From an uncultured Elusimicrobia bacterium (GTDB lineage: Bacteria > Elusimicrobiota > Elusimicrobia > UBA1565 > UBA9628), in contig CAIKVT010000025.1 of NCBI GenBank assembly GCA_903830945.1, positions 7,816 to 71,815 of the forward strand: 64,000 nt of DNA. The letters are read 5' to 3'. The translations under genes and the position numbers were made by a program. This document shows positions 41,556 through 50,271 of the stretch, piece by piece (within the stretch, counting starts at the first letter, position 1; each line of letters begins with the position of its first letter). The notes under the pieces are model-generated. The model saw nothing but the letters and a program-made list of their open reading frames with translations, was not told the origin of the DNA and did no database searches.

Positions 41556-43724
41556 ATGAATAAGGATATGACCTTGAAAGTCAAAGAAGCCCAGGCCAAG
41601 GACGTGGGCCGGGCCATCGTGCGGATCGACCCCGAGGATATGAAGACTCTGGGCGCCGAAGTCGGCGATGTCCTGGAGATCGAAGGCAAGCGAAAGACGC
41701 CGGCCAAGGTCATGCCCTGCTACGCCGAGGAGCGAGGCAAGGGCATCATCCAGATGGACGGCATAGGCCGCGAAAACGCGCAGATCGGGTTGGGTGAAAA
41801 GGTGAAGATCCGAAAGATCGTTCCCAAGCCCGCCGGAAGGATCACGCTGCTTCCTTTATCTCTTTCCAGCCTGCCGCAAAGCCAGGACACCAAATACCTC
41901 GGTTCTCTCATCGCCGGGCTTCCTGTTTCGAGCGGCGACCGGGTCAGGGCCACGCTCTTCGGCTCACGGTCCTGTGATTTCAAGGTGTCGGAGACCGTTC
42001 CCGACGGCGCGGTCCTGATCAATCCGGAGACCATAATAAGAATGACGGAGACTAAAAAAATAGAGAAGGAAGGGCCGGCCAAGGGGGGGGCGACCAAGAT
42101 ATCCTACGAGGACATCGGCGGACTCGGCTCGCAGATCCGCAGGATCCGTGAGATGATCGAGTTGCCCTTGCGCTATCCCCAGATATTCGAAAGATTGGGC
42201 ATAGACGCGCCCAAGGGCGTCTTGCTTTACGGCCCGCCCGGAACCGGGAAAACCCTGATCGCCCGGGCCGTGGCCAATGAAACCGATGCTTATTTCAACC
42301 ATATCTCCGGTCCTGAGATCATGGGCAAGTTCTACGGCGAGAGCGAGGGCCGCTTGCGCGGCGTGTTCGAAGAGGCGCAGGCCCATGCCCCGGCCATCAT
42401 CTTCATAGACGAGATAGACGCCATCGCTCCCAAACGCGAGGACATGGGCGGCGAAAAGCAGGTGGAGCGGCGCGTGGTGGCGCAGCTCTTGGCGCTTCTG
42501 GACGGCCTGGAGTCCCGCGGCCAGGTCATCGTGATAGGCGCGACCAACATCCCCAACACTCTCGACCCCGCGCTGCGCCGGCCGGGGCGCTTCGACCGGG
42601 AGATCTCCGTCCCCATCCCGGACAAGAACGGGAGGCTGCAGATCCTGCAGATCCACACCCGGGGCATGCCCTTGGCCAAGGATGTGAGCCTGGAGAAACT
42701 GGCTGAGATCACGCACGGATTCGTGGGCGCCGATCTCGAGGCCCTGGCCAGGGAAGCGGCCATGTCGGCTTTAAGGCGGATCCTGCCGGACCTCGACCTT
42801 GCGATGGCGGATATCCCCTACGAGACCTTGCTCAAGCTCGAAGTCACCATGGACAATTTCGGCGACGCCATGAAGGAGGTGGAGCCCTCGGCCATTAGGG
42901 AATTCTTCGTGGAAGTTCCCGATGTGAAATGGGAAGAAGTCGGCGGGCTGGAGAACATCAAGGAAGAGCTTAAGGAAGCGGTCGAGTGGCCGCTCAAGTA
43001 CGCGGATATCTTCAAAAAGGCCGGCGCGCAGCCGCCCAAGGGCATACTCCTTTACGGCCCCCCGGGCACGGGTAAGACCTTGCTGGCCAAGGCCGTGGCC
43101 AGCCAGACGGGCGTTAATTTCATCTCGGTCAAGGGGCCCAGCCTCATCTCGAAATTCGTCGGAGAAAGCGAGAAGTCCCTGCGCGAGGTGTTCAAGACCG
43201 CCAAGCAGGCCTCGCCCACCATCCTGTTCTTCGACGAGATCGACGCCCTGGTCCCCAGAAGAGGCTCGGCCAGCACGGACGCGCATGTGACCGAGCGCGT
43301 GATCAGCCAGTTCCTGGCCGAAATGGACGGCATCGAGGAGCTCAAGGGCGTGGTGGTCTTGGCCGCCACCAACAGGCTCGACTTGATCGAGCCGGCGATC
43401 CTGCGCAGCGGCCGGTTCGACCTGCTCATGGAGCTTCCCAAGCCGGATCTTAAAACCCGTGAGGAAATATTCAAGATACACGTCAGGGGCAAGCCGCTCG
43501 CCAAAGACGTCGATCTTAAGGAATTGGCGAAAGCGACCGATGGCAAGGCCGGCTCCGACATCGAGCTGATCTGTCGCAAGGCCGTCATGCTGGCGCTCAG
43601 GGAATATATAAACAGTGATGCCGACGTCAAAACGCTCGAAACGAAATTCGACCTCAGGATCCTGAAAAGGCATTTCGAAGAGGCGAATAAAGTGGATCGA
43701 GCCCGGCAGCAACTGGAAAAATAG
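41556..43724 (+). CDS. Cdc48/p97/VAT-type AAA+ ATPase (N domain + D1 + D2)
   Basis: The N domain reads [37 protein letters not shown]. There are two Walker A sites ([20 protein letters not shown] and [20 protein letters not shown]). Walker B sites are IIFIDEIDA and [12 protein letters not shown] regions are present ([26 protein letters not shown]). Confidence 0.9.
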   Translation: MNKDMTLKVKEAQAKDVGRAIVRIDPEDMKTLGAEVGDVLEIEGKRKTPAKVMPCYAEERGKGIIQMDGIGRENAQIGLGEKVKIRKIVPKPAGRITLLPLSLSSLPQSQDTKYLGSLIAGLPVSSGDRVRATLFGSRSCDFKVSETVPDGAVLINPETIIRMTETKKIEKEGPAKGGATKISYEDIGGLGSQIRRIREMIELPLRYPQIFERLGIDAPKGVLLYGPPGTGKTLIARAVANETDAYFNHISGPEIMGKFYGESEGRLRGVFEEAQAHAPAIIFIDEIDAIAPKREDMGGEKQVERRVVAQLLALLDGLESRGQVIVIGATNIPNTLDPALRRPGRFDREISVPIPDKNGRLQILQIHTRGMPLAKDVSLEKLAEITHGFVGADLEALAREAAMSALRRILPDLDLAMADIPYETLLKLEVTMDNFGDAMKEVEPSAIREFFVEVPDVKWEEVGGLENIKEELKEAVEWPLKYADIFKKAGAQPPKGILLYGPPGTGKTLLAKAVASQTGVNFISVKGPSLISKFVGESEKSLREVFKTAKQASPTILFFDEIDALVPRRGSASTDAHVTERVISQFLAEMDGIEELKGVVVLAATNRLDLIEPAILRSGRFDLLMELPKPDLKTREEIFKIHVRGKPLAKDVDLKELAKATDGKAGSDIELICRKAVMLALREYINSDADVKTLETKFDLRILKRHFEEANKVDRARQQLEK

Positions 43725-43735
43725 AGGATCAAAAC

Positions 43736-44785
43736 ATGGCCAAGACAGGGAAATATCTTTATGGGATCATCGCCTCTTCCGCGCCGGAATTCTCAAGGCC
43801 CGGGGCAATCGTGGACTTCGCGGACATCTACGTCGTCCCCTGTCAGGACCTGGCGGCAGTGGTCGGCGACTCTGAAATAGTCGATTACCAGCACATGCGC
43901 AAGGACGCCCTGGCCATGCTCCTGGTCCGGCATCAGAAAGTCATCGAAAAGATCATGGAGCTGGGGCACGCCGTCATCCCCATAAGGCTGGGGACATTCG
44001 CCGCGGATGACGCCGCGGTCCGGGACATCCTGAGCAAGGGCCACCGCCTGATCCATGAAATCCTTCCGAAAATCAATGATAAGATAGAAATCGACGTCGC
44101 CGCCGTCTGGAAGGATTTCGGCCCCGCGATCAAGGAGATCGGCCAGCATCCGGAGATAATGGAGCTGAAAAAAACCCTGCTCGGCAACCCTCAGGGTGTG
44201 ACCATGGACGACCAGATGAAGGTCGGCCTCGCGGTCAAGAAACTATTGGACGCCAAAAGAGAACATGTCGCGAACTTGATACAAGCCGCTTTAAAGGATT
44301 TGAGCCATGACTGCCGGGCTCATGAGCTCATGGACGATCAAATGGTCGTGAACTGCGCCTTTCTTATTAGCCGGGCCGAACAAGAGGGATTTTACGCCCG
44401 GGTGGAAGGCCTGGACGCGGAATTGGCCGGGAAGCTGAATTTCAGATGCATCGGCCCGCTGCCGCCGTACAGTTTTTACACCCTGGAGATAAAGAAGATG
44501 GATTTCCAGGAGCTGGAGTGGGCCCGCAACAAACTCGGGCTCTTGAGCCCGGTCGCGACTAAAAACGAGATCAAGAAAGCCTATCACCGCGCCGCCATCT
44601 CCTTCCACCCCGACAAGAATCCTGACACGCCGGGCATGGATAAAGAATTCGGCATCGTCAAAAGAGCGCATAAAATACTGGCGGACTATTGCCTGGCCAG
44701 CGAGCAAACTCGGCCTGGAGAAGACATCCCCTTTGGCGAAGAGCGATTCCAGGAGCGTTCGATTTTGGTGAAGGTGGGGGAATAG
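43736..44785 (+). CDS. GvpF/GvpL-family protein fused to a C-terminal J domain (DnaJ-like, HPD motif)
   Basis: N-terminus KYLYGIIASS...YVVPCQDLAAVVGDSE...HQKVIEKIMELGHAVIPIRLGT and ...FRCIGPLPPYSF form the GvpL/F fold pattern. The C-terminus WARNKLGLLSPVATKNEIKKAYHRAAISFHPDKNPDTPGMDKEFGIVKRAHKILAD is a J domain. Confidence 0.8.
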   Translation: MAKTGKYLYGIIASSAPEFSRPGAIVDFADIYVVPCQDLAAVVGDSEIVDYQHMRKDALAMLLVRHQKVIEKIMELGHAVIPIRLGTFAADDAAVRDILSKGHRLIHEILPKINDKIEIDVAAVWKDFGPAIKEIGQHPEIMELKKTLLGNPQGVTMDDQMKVGLAVKKLLDAKREHVANLIQAALKDLSHDCRAHELMDDQMVVNCAFLISRAEQEGFYARVEGLDAELAGKLNFRCIGPLPPYSFYTLEIKKMDFQELEWARNKLGLLSPVATKNEIKKAYHRAAISFHPDKNPDTPGMDKEFGIVKRAHKILADYCLASEQTRPGEDIPFGEERFQERSILVKVGE

Positions 44786-45556
44786 ATGACGCTGAGCAAG
44801 GACGGAAGATACATCTATTGCATCATCGGCACGAAACAGGAAAGGAACTTCGGCCCTATCGGCTTGAATGGCCGCGAGGTTTTGACCATAGGTTATGAGG
44901 ACCTTGCCATGGTGGTCAGCAACCATCCCTTGGCCAAGCTCGTGGTCAACCAGGACAACATGGTGGCCCATGAAAAGGTCATCGAGGAGGTCATGAAGGA
45001 GTTCGACGGCGTGCTCCCGGTGAGATACGGAACCGTTGCCGCGGATGCCGATGAAATAAGGAACCTTCTGGACCGCAGGCGTCGGGAATTCAAGATCGCC
45101 TTGCGTGATCTCGACCACAAGGTGGAATTGGGCGTCAAAGGGATATGGCCGGACATGGATGCCATCTTCAAGGAAGTCGTGAAAGACAACAAGGCCATCA
45201 AGAAACTCAAGGAGAAGATCCAAAACGACGGGGGCACCAAGAACATCCCGGCGAAAATGGAAGCGGGCAGAATGGTCGAAGCGGCGCTGCAGAAAAAGAA
45301 AGCGGACGAGGCCGAGGATATCGTGGAAGCCCTCAGAAAGGCCTCCGTCAACTTCAAGCTCAACAAGACCACGGGCGACAATATGTTCATGAACGCCGCT
45401 TTCCTGGTGGATAAGGGGCGGGAGAAAGAATTCGACAACATCATGGATGATTTGGGCGAAAAGCACAAAAAGCGGATAAAGTTCCTCTATGCCGGTCCCT
45501 TGCCTACTTTCAACTTCGTCAATATCGCCATTTATCCAGAGGCCTGGGAGAAATAG
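44786..45556 (+). CDS. GvpF/GvpL-family gas vesicle protein (paralog 2)
   Basis: GRYIYCIIGTKQERNFGPIGLNGREVLTIGYEDLAMVVSNHP...HEKVIEEVMKEFDGVLPVRYGT...LYAGPLPTFNF. Confidence 0.85.
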   Translation: MTLSKDGRYIYCIIGTKQERNFGPIGLNGREVLTIGYEDLAMVVSNHPLAKLVVNQDNMVAHEKVIEEVMKEFDGVLPVRYGTVAADADEIRNLLDRRRREFKIALRDLDHKVELGVKGIWPDMDAIFKEVVKDNKAIKKLKEKIQNDGGTKNIPAKMEAGRMVEAALQKKKADEAEDIVEALRKASVNFKLNKTTGDNMFMNAAFLVDKGREKEFDNIMDDLGEKHKKRIKFLYAGPLPTFNFVNIAIYPEAWEK

Positions 45557-46342
45557 ATGGAAGCGGAATTCAAAGAAGGCAGATACATCTACTGCATCAT
45601 AGCGTCGAAGCAGCCGCAATCCTTCGGGCCTTTGGGGATCGGCGGGAGAAGCGACGATCTTTACACGATCTCCTTCAAGGATGTCGCCGCGGTGGTGAGC
45701 AATTCTCCCATCAAAAGCTATTCGCTCTCCCACGAAAATCTGATCGCCCATGAGAAGGCCATCGAAGAGGTCATGAAGGGGCACACCGTTTTGCCGGTCC
45801 GGTTCTGCACCATCGCCGCCGATGACGCGAAAATCAAGGAGATACTGGAAAAGGCGCACGACAAGATCCGCGGCTTATTGAAGGCCATGTCGGGCAAGAA
45901 AGAGCTGGGTTTGAAAGCTGTTTTTAAAGACGTCATTTACCAGGACATCGTGGCGGAGCACGGCGACATCCGGACCTTGAAGGAAAAGATAGCCGTCCTG
46001 CCGCCCGCCCAGACGCTGACCGCCCGCAGGCAGATAGGCCAGATGGTCGAAGTCGCCCTGAATCAAGCCCGGGAGCATTATAAAGGCATCATCATGGATG
46101 GCCTGTCGCCCCTGGCGACGGAAGTCAAAATCAACCGCAACTACGGCGAGATGATGGTTGTCAGCGCCGCCTTTTTGGTAGACGAAAAAAAGGAGACGAG
46201 CTTCGATCAGCGGGTGGACCAGCTGGGCGCGAAATACGTCGACAAGATCAAGTTCAAGTATGTGGGGACATTGCCGCCGTTTAATTTCGTCAACCTGGTC
46301 ATTAATACGCAGACGGCGGATCTCACCGGCACCGCATCTTAA
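45557..46342 (+). CDS. GvpF/GvpL-family gas vesicle protein (paralog 3)
   Basis: GRYIYCIIASKQPQSFGPLGIGGRSDDLYTISFKDVAAVVSNSP...HEKAIEEVMKGHTVLPVRFCT...KYVGTLPPFNF. Confidence 0.85.
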   Translation: MEAEFKEGRYIYCIIASKQPQSFGPLGIGGRSDDLYTISFKDVAAVVSNSPIKSYSLSHENLIAHEKAIEEVMKGHTVLPVRFCTIAADDAKIKEILEKAHDKIRGLLKAMSGKKELGLKAVFKDVIYQDIVAEHGDIRTLKEKIAVLPPAQTLTARRQIGQMVEVALNQAREHYKGIIMDGLSPLATEVKINRNYGEMMVVSAAFLVDEKKETSFDQRVDQLGAKYVDKIKFKYVGTLPPFNFVNLVINTQTADLTGTAS

Positions 46343-46346
46343 GCCC

Positions 46347-46586
46347 ATGTTCCTGATCGACGATGTCGTGCTCTCGCCGCTGAAAGGCCTCCTTTGGCTG
46401 GGCGAGAAGATCGGAGATCTGTGCGATAAGGAGATATCCGACGATGGCCGCGTGATGGAAAGACTCATGGCCCTCCAGCTCAAGTTTGAATTGGATGAGA
46501 TAAGCGAGGAAGAATACTCCAAGCAGGAAAAAGAGATCTTGGCGCAATTGGAAGCCATCAGAAAAATGAAGGAAGCGGGGGGATGA
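46347..46586 (+). CDS. gvpG: Gas vesicle protein GvpG
   Basis: MFLIDDVVLSPLKGLLWLGEKIGDLCDKEISDD...LMALQLKFELDEISEEEYSKQEKEILAQLEAIR is the canonical GvpG pattern. Internal start within the track ORF. Confidence 0.85.
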   Translation: MFLIDDVVLSPLKGLLWLGEKIGDLCDKEISDDGRVMERLMALQLKFELDEISEEEYSKQEKEILAQLEAIRKMKEAGG

Positions 46587-46587
46587 G

Positions 46588-46851
46588 ATGCCCGACATCG
46601 AGGACGCCGGTAAAGCGGCCGTCGAGTTCTTAAAAAAGAACCTCAAGATCAAAGAGGCGAAGGTCGTCAAGGCGACGAAGGCCGGCCTGGGCTGGGAAAT
46701 CGAGGCGGAAGTTTATGAGGAGAGCTCTTTCATGAAATCCCTCGGGCTGGCCACGAAAGTCCAGGACCGGAACCTCTACGTCGTCAAGCTCGACGACGGC
46801 CTTGAGGTCGTATCCTACGGGCGCAAGGGGCTCATGCCCGCGAGCGAGTAA
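46588..46851 (+). CDS. gvpO: Gas vesicle protein GvpO-like
   Basis: AGKAAVEFLKKNL...KATKAGLGWEIEAEVYEES...RNLYVVKLDDGLEVVSYGRK fits the GvpO core pattern (gW.v.vEvvE...YevelD..Gel..y.R) recalled from memory. Confidence 0.6.
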   Translation: MPDIEDAGKAAVEFLKKNLKIKEAKVVKATKAGLGWEIEAEVYEESSFMKSLGLATKVQDRNLYVVKLDDGLEVVSYGRKGLMPASE

Positions 46852-46866
46852 GCCGGCGGGGTCGAA

Positions 46867-47670
46867 ATGGAATCGGAAAAGGAACTGCTATATTTATATT
46901 GCGTCGTCGATCAGGCGCCTGATCTTAAAGAAGGCCGGGATTGGTTCGACAAGCCTTTTTTCGTCCAACACCAAGGCCTTTATGCCGTGGTCAGCCGGGT
47001 CTCGGGCTCCACATTCGACGAAGAGAATCTGAAGAAGAATCTCGGCGACCTGGAATGGGTGAAGATTCACGTCATCACGCATGAACAGGTCATAGAGGAC
47101 GTCATGGAGCGCGCCTGCGTGGTCCCTTTCAAGTTCGCCACGCTGTTTAAAAGCGAGGACAGCTTGAAGTCCATGCTCGCCGAGCGCGCCGGCATGCTTA
47201 AAGAAACCCTGCGCAGACTGCAAGGTCACGAGGAATGGGGAGTGAAGATCTATTGCGATATGAGCAGGCTGCGGGCTTGGCTTGCCCAAAACGCGGAGAT
47301 TTTAAAAATCGACAGCGAGATCGGATCGGCCGCGCCGGGCAGGTCGTTCATTTTGCGGAAGAAAAAAGAGGCGCGGCTTGACACCTTTACGACCGCGAAG
47401 CTCAATGAATGCGGCCAGGCGAGTTTCGACAGGCTCAAAACACTCAGCGCCCGCACCCGCATCAATAAATTGCTGCCGGAGGAAGTGACGGAGAGAAAAG
47501 AGGACATGATCTTAAACGCCGCGTTCTTGATCGATAAAAACAAAGTCAAGACCTTTATCGAGACGGTCGGCCAACTCAAGGCGCAACAGGAAAGCAACGG
47601 GCTTTCCTTTGACTGCACGGGCCCTTGGCCGCCCTTTAACTTCTGCGATTTCTCCGAAGGGACCAACTAG
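46867..47670 (+). CDS. GvpF/GvpL-family gas vesicle protein (paralog 4)
   Basis: LLYLYCVVDQAPD...QHQGLYAVVSRVS...HEQVIEDVMERACVVPFKFATLF...DCTGPWPPFNF. Confidence 0.8.
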   Translation: MESEKELLYLYCVVDQAPDLKEGRDWFDKPFFVQHQGLYAVVSRVSGSTFDEENLKKNLGDLEWVKIHVITHEQVIEDVMERACVVPFKFATLFKSEDSLKSMLAERAGMLKETLRRLQGHEEWGVKIYCDMSRLRAWLAQNAEILKIDSEIGSAAPGRSFILRKKKEARLDTFTTAKLNECGQASFDRLKTLSARTRINKLLPEEVTERKEDMILNAAFLIDKNKVKTFIETVGQLKAQQESNGLSFDCTGPWPPFNFCDFSEGTN

Positions 47671-47671
47671 C

Positions 47672-47893
47672 ATGAGCAGCCGCGACGTCGTCTTCGAATC
47701 CAAAGAGGTGACCCTTCTGGAGATCCTGGACCGGGTGCTGGATAAAGGCGTGGTCATCTCCGGTGATCTGGTCATTTCCGTGGCGGAAGTCGACCTGGTC
47801 TATATAGGCTTAAAAGCGCTGATCAGCTCCGTGGAAACCATGGAACGCTTGCGAGGCGCCCCGTTTTATGGGCCCATGCAGGAGCCGAATTGA
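47672..47893 (+). CDS. GvpA-fold minor structural protein (GvpJ/GvpM/GvpS-like, 73 aa)
   Basis: KEVTLLEILDRVLDKGVVISGDLVISVAEVDLVYIGLKALISSVETMERL. Confidence 0.85.
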   Translation: MSSRDVVFESKEVTLLEILDRVLDKGVVISGDLVISVAEVDLVYIGLKALISSVETMERLRGAPFYGPMQEPN

Positions 47894-48609
47894 TGGCCGC
47901 ATATATCTACGGCGTCATAGATTCCAACGACCGGCTCGATGCTGCCATGACCGGGCTAAAAGGAACTTTGCTCCGCAATCTCCCCTATCGCGACATGGGT
48001 GTAATCCTCAGCGATTTCGACAAGAGAATCGCGCCTATAACCAAAGATCACGCATTCGAGCATGAGAAGGTCGTGGAAAGGCTCATGGAGCATTTCACCG
48101 TTCTGCCGTTCCGGTTCCCCACTGTTTTCGATAATGAAGAAGGCGTTCTTTCCATGATGAGCGCCCGTTATGACAATTTCACGGACAATCTCAGAAGGCT
48201 CCGCGGCAAGATGGAATTCGGCATAAAAGTCATCTGGCCAGGAGACAAGATGAGAATGCGCCTCACCCCGGATCAAAACAGTTCCCCTCTGCTCGCGTCG
48301 GATACGCCCGTAAAAAACTTCCTCAAGAAAAAGTTTCAAGAATACCAAAAAGAGAAAAAAATAGAGAATGAGGCTGAGGCTCGCATCGCTTTGGTGGATG
48401 GATTTTTCGATGGATTGGCCGCGGAGAAGAAACTGGAGAAGCTGAAGACCGAGAATCTGCTCTTATGCGCCTTTTATCTGGTCGAAAAGGGAAAGCAGGA
48501 AGACTTCAGGCAAGCCTTCGAGCGATTGAGGTCTTCTTCGGGCGAATTCAAATATCTGTTCAGCGGCCCCTGGCCGCCCTATAATTTCATTAAAACGGCC
48601 AATTCATGA
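47893..48609 (+). CDS. GvpF/GvpL-family gas vesicle protein (paralog 5)
   Basis: AAYIYGVIDSND...LPYRDMGVILSDFD...HEKVVERLMEHFTVLPFRFPTVF...FSGPWPPYNF. The ATG at 47893 immediately follows the upstream TGA. Confidence 0.8.
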   Translation: MAAYIYGVIDSNDRLDAAMTGLKGTLLRNLPYRDMGVILSDFDKRIAPITKDHAFEHEKVVERLMEHFTVLPFRFPTVFDNEEGVLSMMSARYDNFTDNLRRLRGKMEFGIKVIWPGDKMRMRLTPDQNSSPLLASDTPVKNFLKKKFQEYQKEKKIENEAEARIALVDGFFDGLAAEKKLEKLKTENLLLCAFYLVEKGKQEDFRQAFERLRSSSGEFKYLFSGPWPPYNFIKTANS

Positions 48610-48941
48610 GCCAAGAGGTCAAGACGGATTCCCCCGGAGATTTCCTCGAGGAGCTGGAAAAAACGCGGGATAGTCTTCCGAAAAGGATCGCGGCTAACCC
48701 CCAAAACGTGGAAAAGGGCCTGGCCAAGCTGGTCCTGACGCTCATCGAACTCATCCGTAAGCTAATGGAAAAACAGGCCATGCGCCGGATCGAGAACGGA
48801 TCTTTGAGCGAAGCCGAGGTCGAGCGGGTCGGCGAGACTCTGATGAAGCTGGAAAACAAGATGGTGGAGCTCAAGCAGATATTCGGGCTTGAAGATGAAG
48901 ACCTTAATTTAAATCTTGGCCCATTGGGAAAGCTGCTTTAG
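48606..48941 (+). CDS. gvpK: Gas vesicle protein GvpK
   Basis: NPQNVEKGLAKLVLTLIELIRKLMEKQAMRRIENGSLSEAEVERVGETLMKLENKMVELKQIFGLEDEDLNLNLGPLGKLL is the canonical GvpK sequence. Confidence 0.9.
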   Translation: MSQEVKTDSPGDFLEELEKTRDSLPKRIAANPQNVEKGLAKLVLTLIELIRKLMEKQAMRRIENGSLSEAEVERVGETLMKLENKMVELKQIFGLEDEDLNLNLGPLGKLL

Positions 48942-48950
48942 CAAACAGCC

Positions 48951-49214
48951 ATGAGTCCCGCGGAAGAGCCCATGACGGCCTGCCCGAAATTCCAGAAACA
49001 AGCGGCCCTGCTCAAGGACATACGAGACAAAATCTACAAAGCTGAAGAAGCGCTGAAGCTGGGGCTGGCAGGGCAACTGCAGGAAGAAATCAAAGAGCTG
49101 TTTTCCTGTTTGGATTACAAGAAGGCCAGCGCGGATTGCAAGAAGTGCCGCTGTGTCGCCGAGCTGCGCAATAAAATGGCGAACCGCGTCATCAATAGAG
49201 AAAAGGCATTGTAA
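48951..49214 (+). CDS. Small Cys-containing hypothetical protein (87 aa) within the gvp cluster
   Basis: Helical and charged, with cysteines at ACPKF, FSCLD and DCKKCRCV. No recognised family. It fits the operon spacing. Confidence 0.4.
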   Translation: MSPAEEPMTACPKFQKQAALLKDIRDKIYKAEEALKLGLAGQLQEEIKELFSCLDYKKASADCKKCRCVAELRNKMANRVINREKAL

Positions 49215-49231
49215 TAAGAGAGGATCACTCC

Positions 49232-49531
49232 ATGCATCAAGAACAGATCATGCACAATTCGCAATCTACCAACCTGGCCGACATCCTGGAACGGGTGCTG
49301 GACAAGGGCATCGTCATCGCCGGGGACATAAAGATCCAGATCGCCGACATAGACCTGCTTAACATCAAGATACGCCTGGTGGTCGCCTCGGTGGACAAGG
49401 CCATGCAGATGGGGATCAATTGGTGGCAGCAGGATGCCTATTTGTCGACCAAGGCGAGAGACTCAGCCATGGCCAAGGAAAACGCGGGGCTGCAAAAAAG
49501 ACTAGAAAGATTGGAAAAAAAGCTAAAGTAA
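49232..49531 (+). CDS. gvpJ: Gas vesicle protein GvpJ
   Basis: NLADILERVLDKGIVIAGDIKIQIADIDLLNIKIRLVVASVDKAMQMGINWW plus a C-terminal coiled-coil tail. Confidence 0.9.
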   Translation: MHQEQIMHNSQSTNLADILERVLDKGIVIAGDIKIQIADIDLLNIKIRLVVASVDKAMQMGINWWQQDAYLSTKARDSAMAKENAGLQKRLERLEKKLK

Positions 49532-49554
49532 TCCAGCCGTAACGGGAGGCGCCT

Positions 49555-50241
49555 ATGCGCACGCTGATCTATGTGCCGGTCATCCATTCCAGCGCCGACC
49601 TGGGCTCCCTGGCCAAAGAGGTGACGCGGCGGGGCGTGGCGGATTTCGGCCCTGAATTCTGGGCGGAGCACGAAAAGACCATCCTTGGCTTCTGGGACGC
49701 GGTCATCAGATATTTTGACTCAGCCGAGGTGCCCGGCTTCAAGCTCTATCAGGATGGAATGATCACGGACGGCGAGGTCGCGCTGAAAATAGTCGAGGAA
49801 GGGGTGAAATCCGGAAGTAAGAATTACGAGCTCGTCTCGGCGCTTCTTAAAAAGGGCGCCGTGTTGGTCAAAACAGAGGATTTCAGCCTTGTCAAGGAAG
49901 AGCGGGACCGGATGCTCACGATAACCCGGGCCAAGTCAATTTTTACTAAAGTACTCGCTTTTCTCTGGTATAAACTGAACAAAAACAAGCTCTTGAACAA
50001 GCGCGATGCGTTTATCACGAACAGGATAAGTGAAACCTTAAACGACGGTGAAACGGGGATCATTTTCGTCGGCGCCTACCATAACATCAAGCAGCGGCTT
50101 CCCAAGGATATCAGCATCGTCGAAATAAAGGACGCGGATAAGGTCAGGGAATATCAGGCTTTATTGCCATTTTATCATAAGAAAAAGGAACGGTTTTCCC
50201 AGCTCGCGGGCTACCTGGTTGAGGAAATAAAGCATACTTAG
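49555..50241 (+). CDS. Uncharacterised conserved protein, paralog of 61990..62568; possibly distantly TraB/GumN-like
   Basis: Shares these blocks with the 61990 protein: LIYVPVIHS/LVYVPILHA, KLYQDGM..DGEV/RIYQDGLPVCGEEL, SGSKNYELVSALLKKGAVLVKTED/SGSRNHQLILKLVAQGAQLEGTES and KRDAFITNRI...IIFVGAYHNI/MRDGFIFHRI...PLVFMGVMHRV. Confidence 0.55.
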   Translation: MRTLIYVPVIHSSADLGSLAKEVTRRGVADFGPEFWAEHEKTILGFWDAVIRYFDSAEVPGFKLYQDGMITDGEVALKIVEEGVKSGSKNYELVSALLKKGAVLVKTEDFSLVKEERDRMLTITRAKSIFTKVLAFLWYKLNKNKLLNKRDAFITNRISETLNDGETGIIFVGAYHNIKQRLPKDISIVEIKDADKVREYQALLPFYHKKKERFSQLAGYLVEEIKHT

Positions 50242-50271
50242 CATTTAATCCGATAATTTGTATAGTATGGT

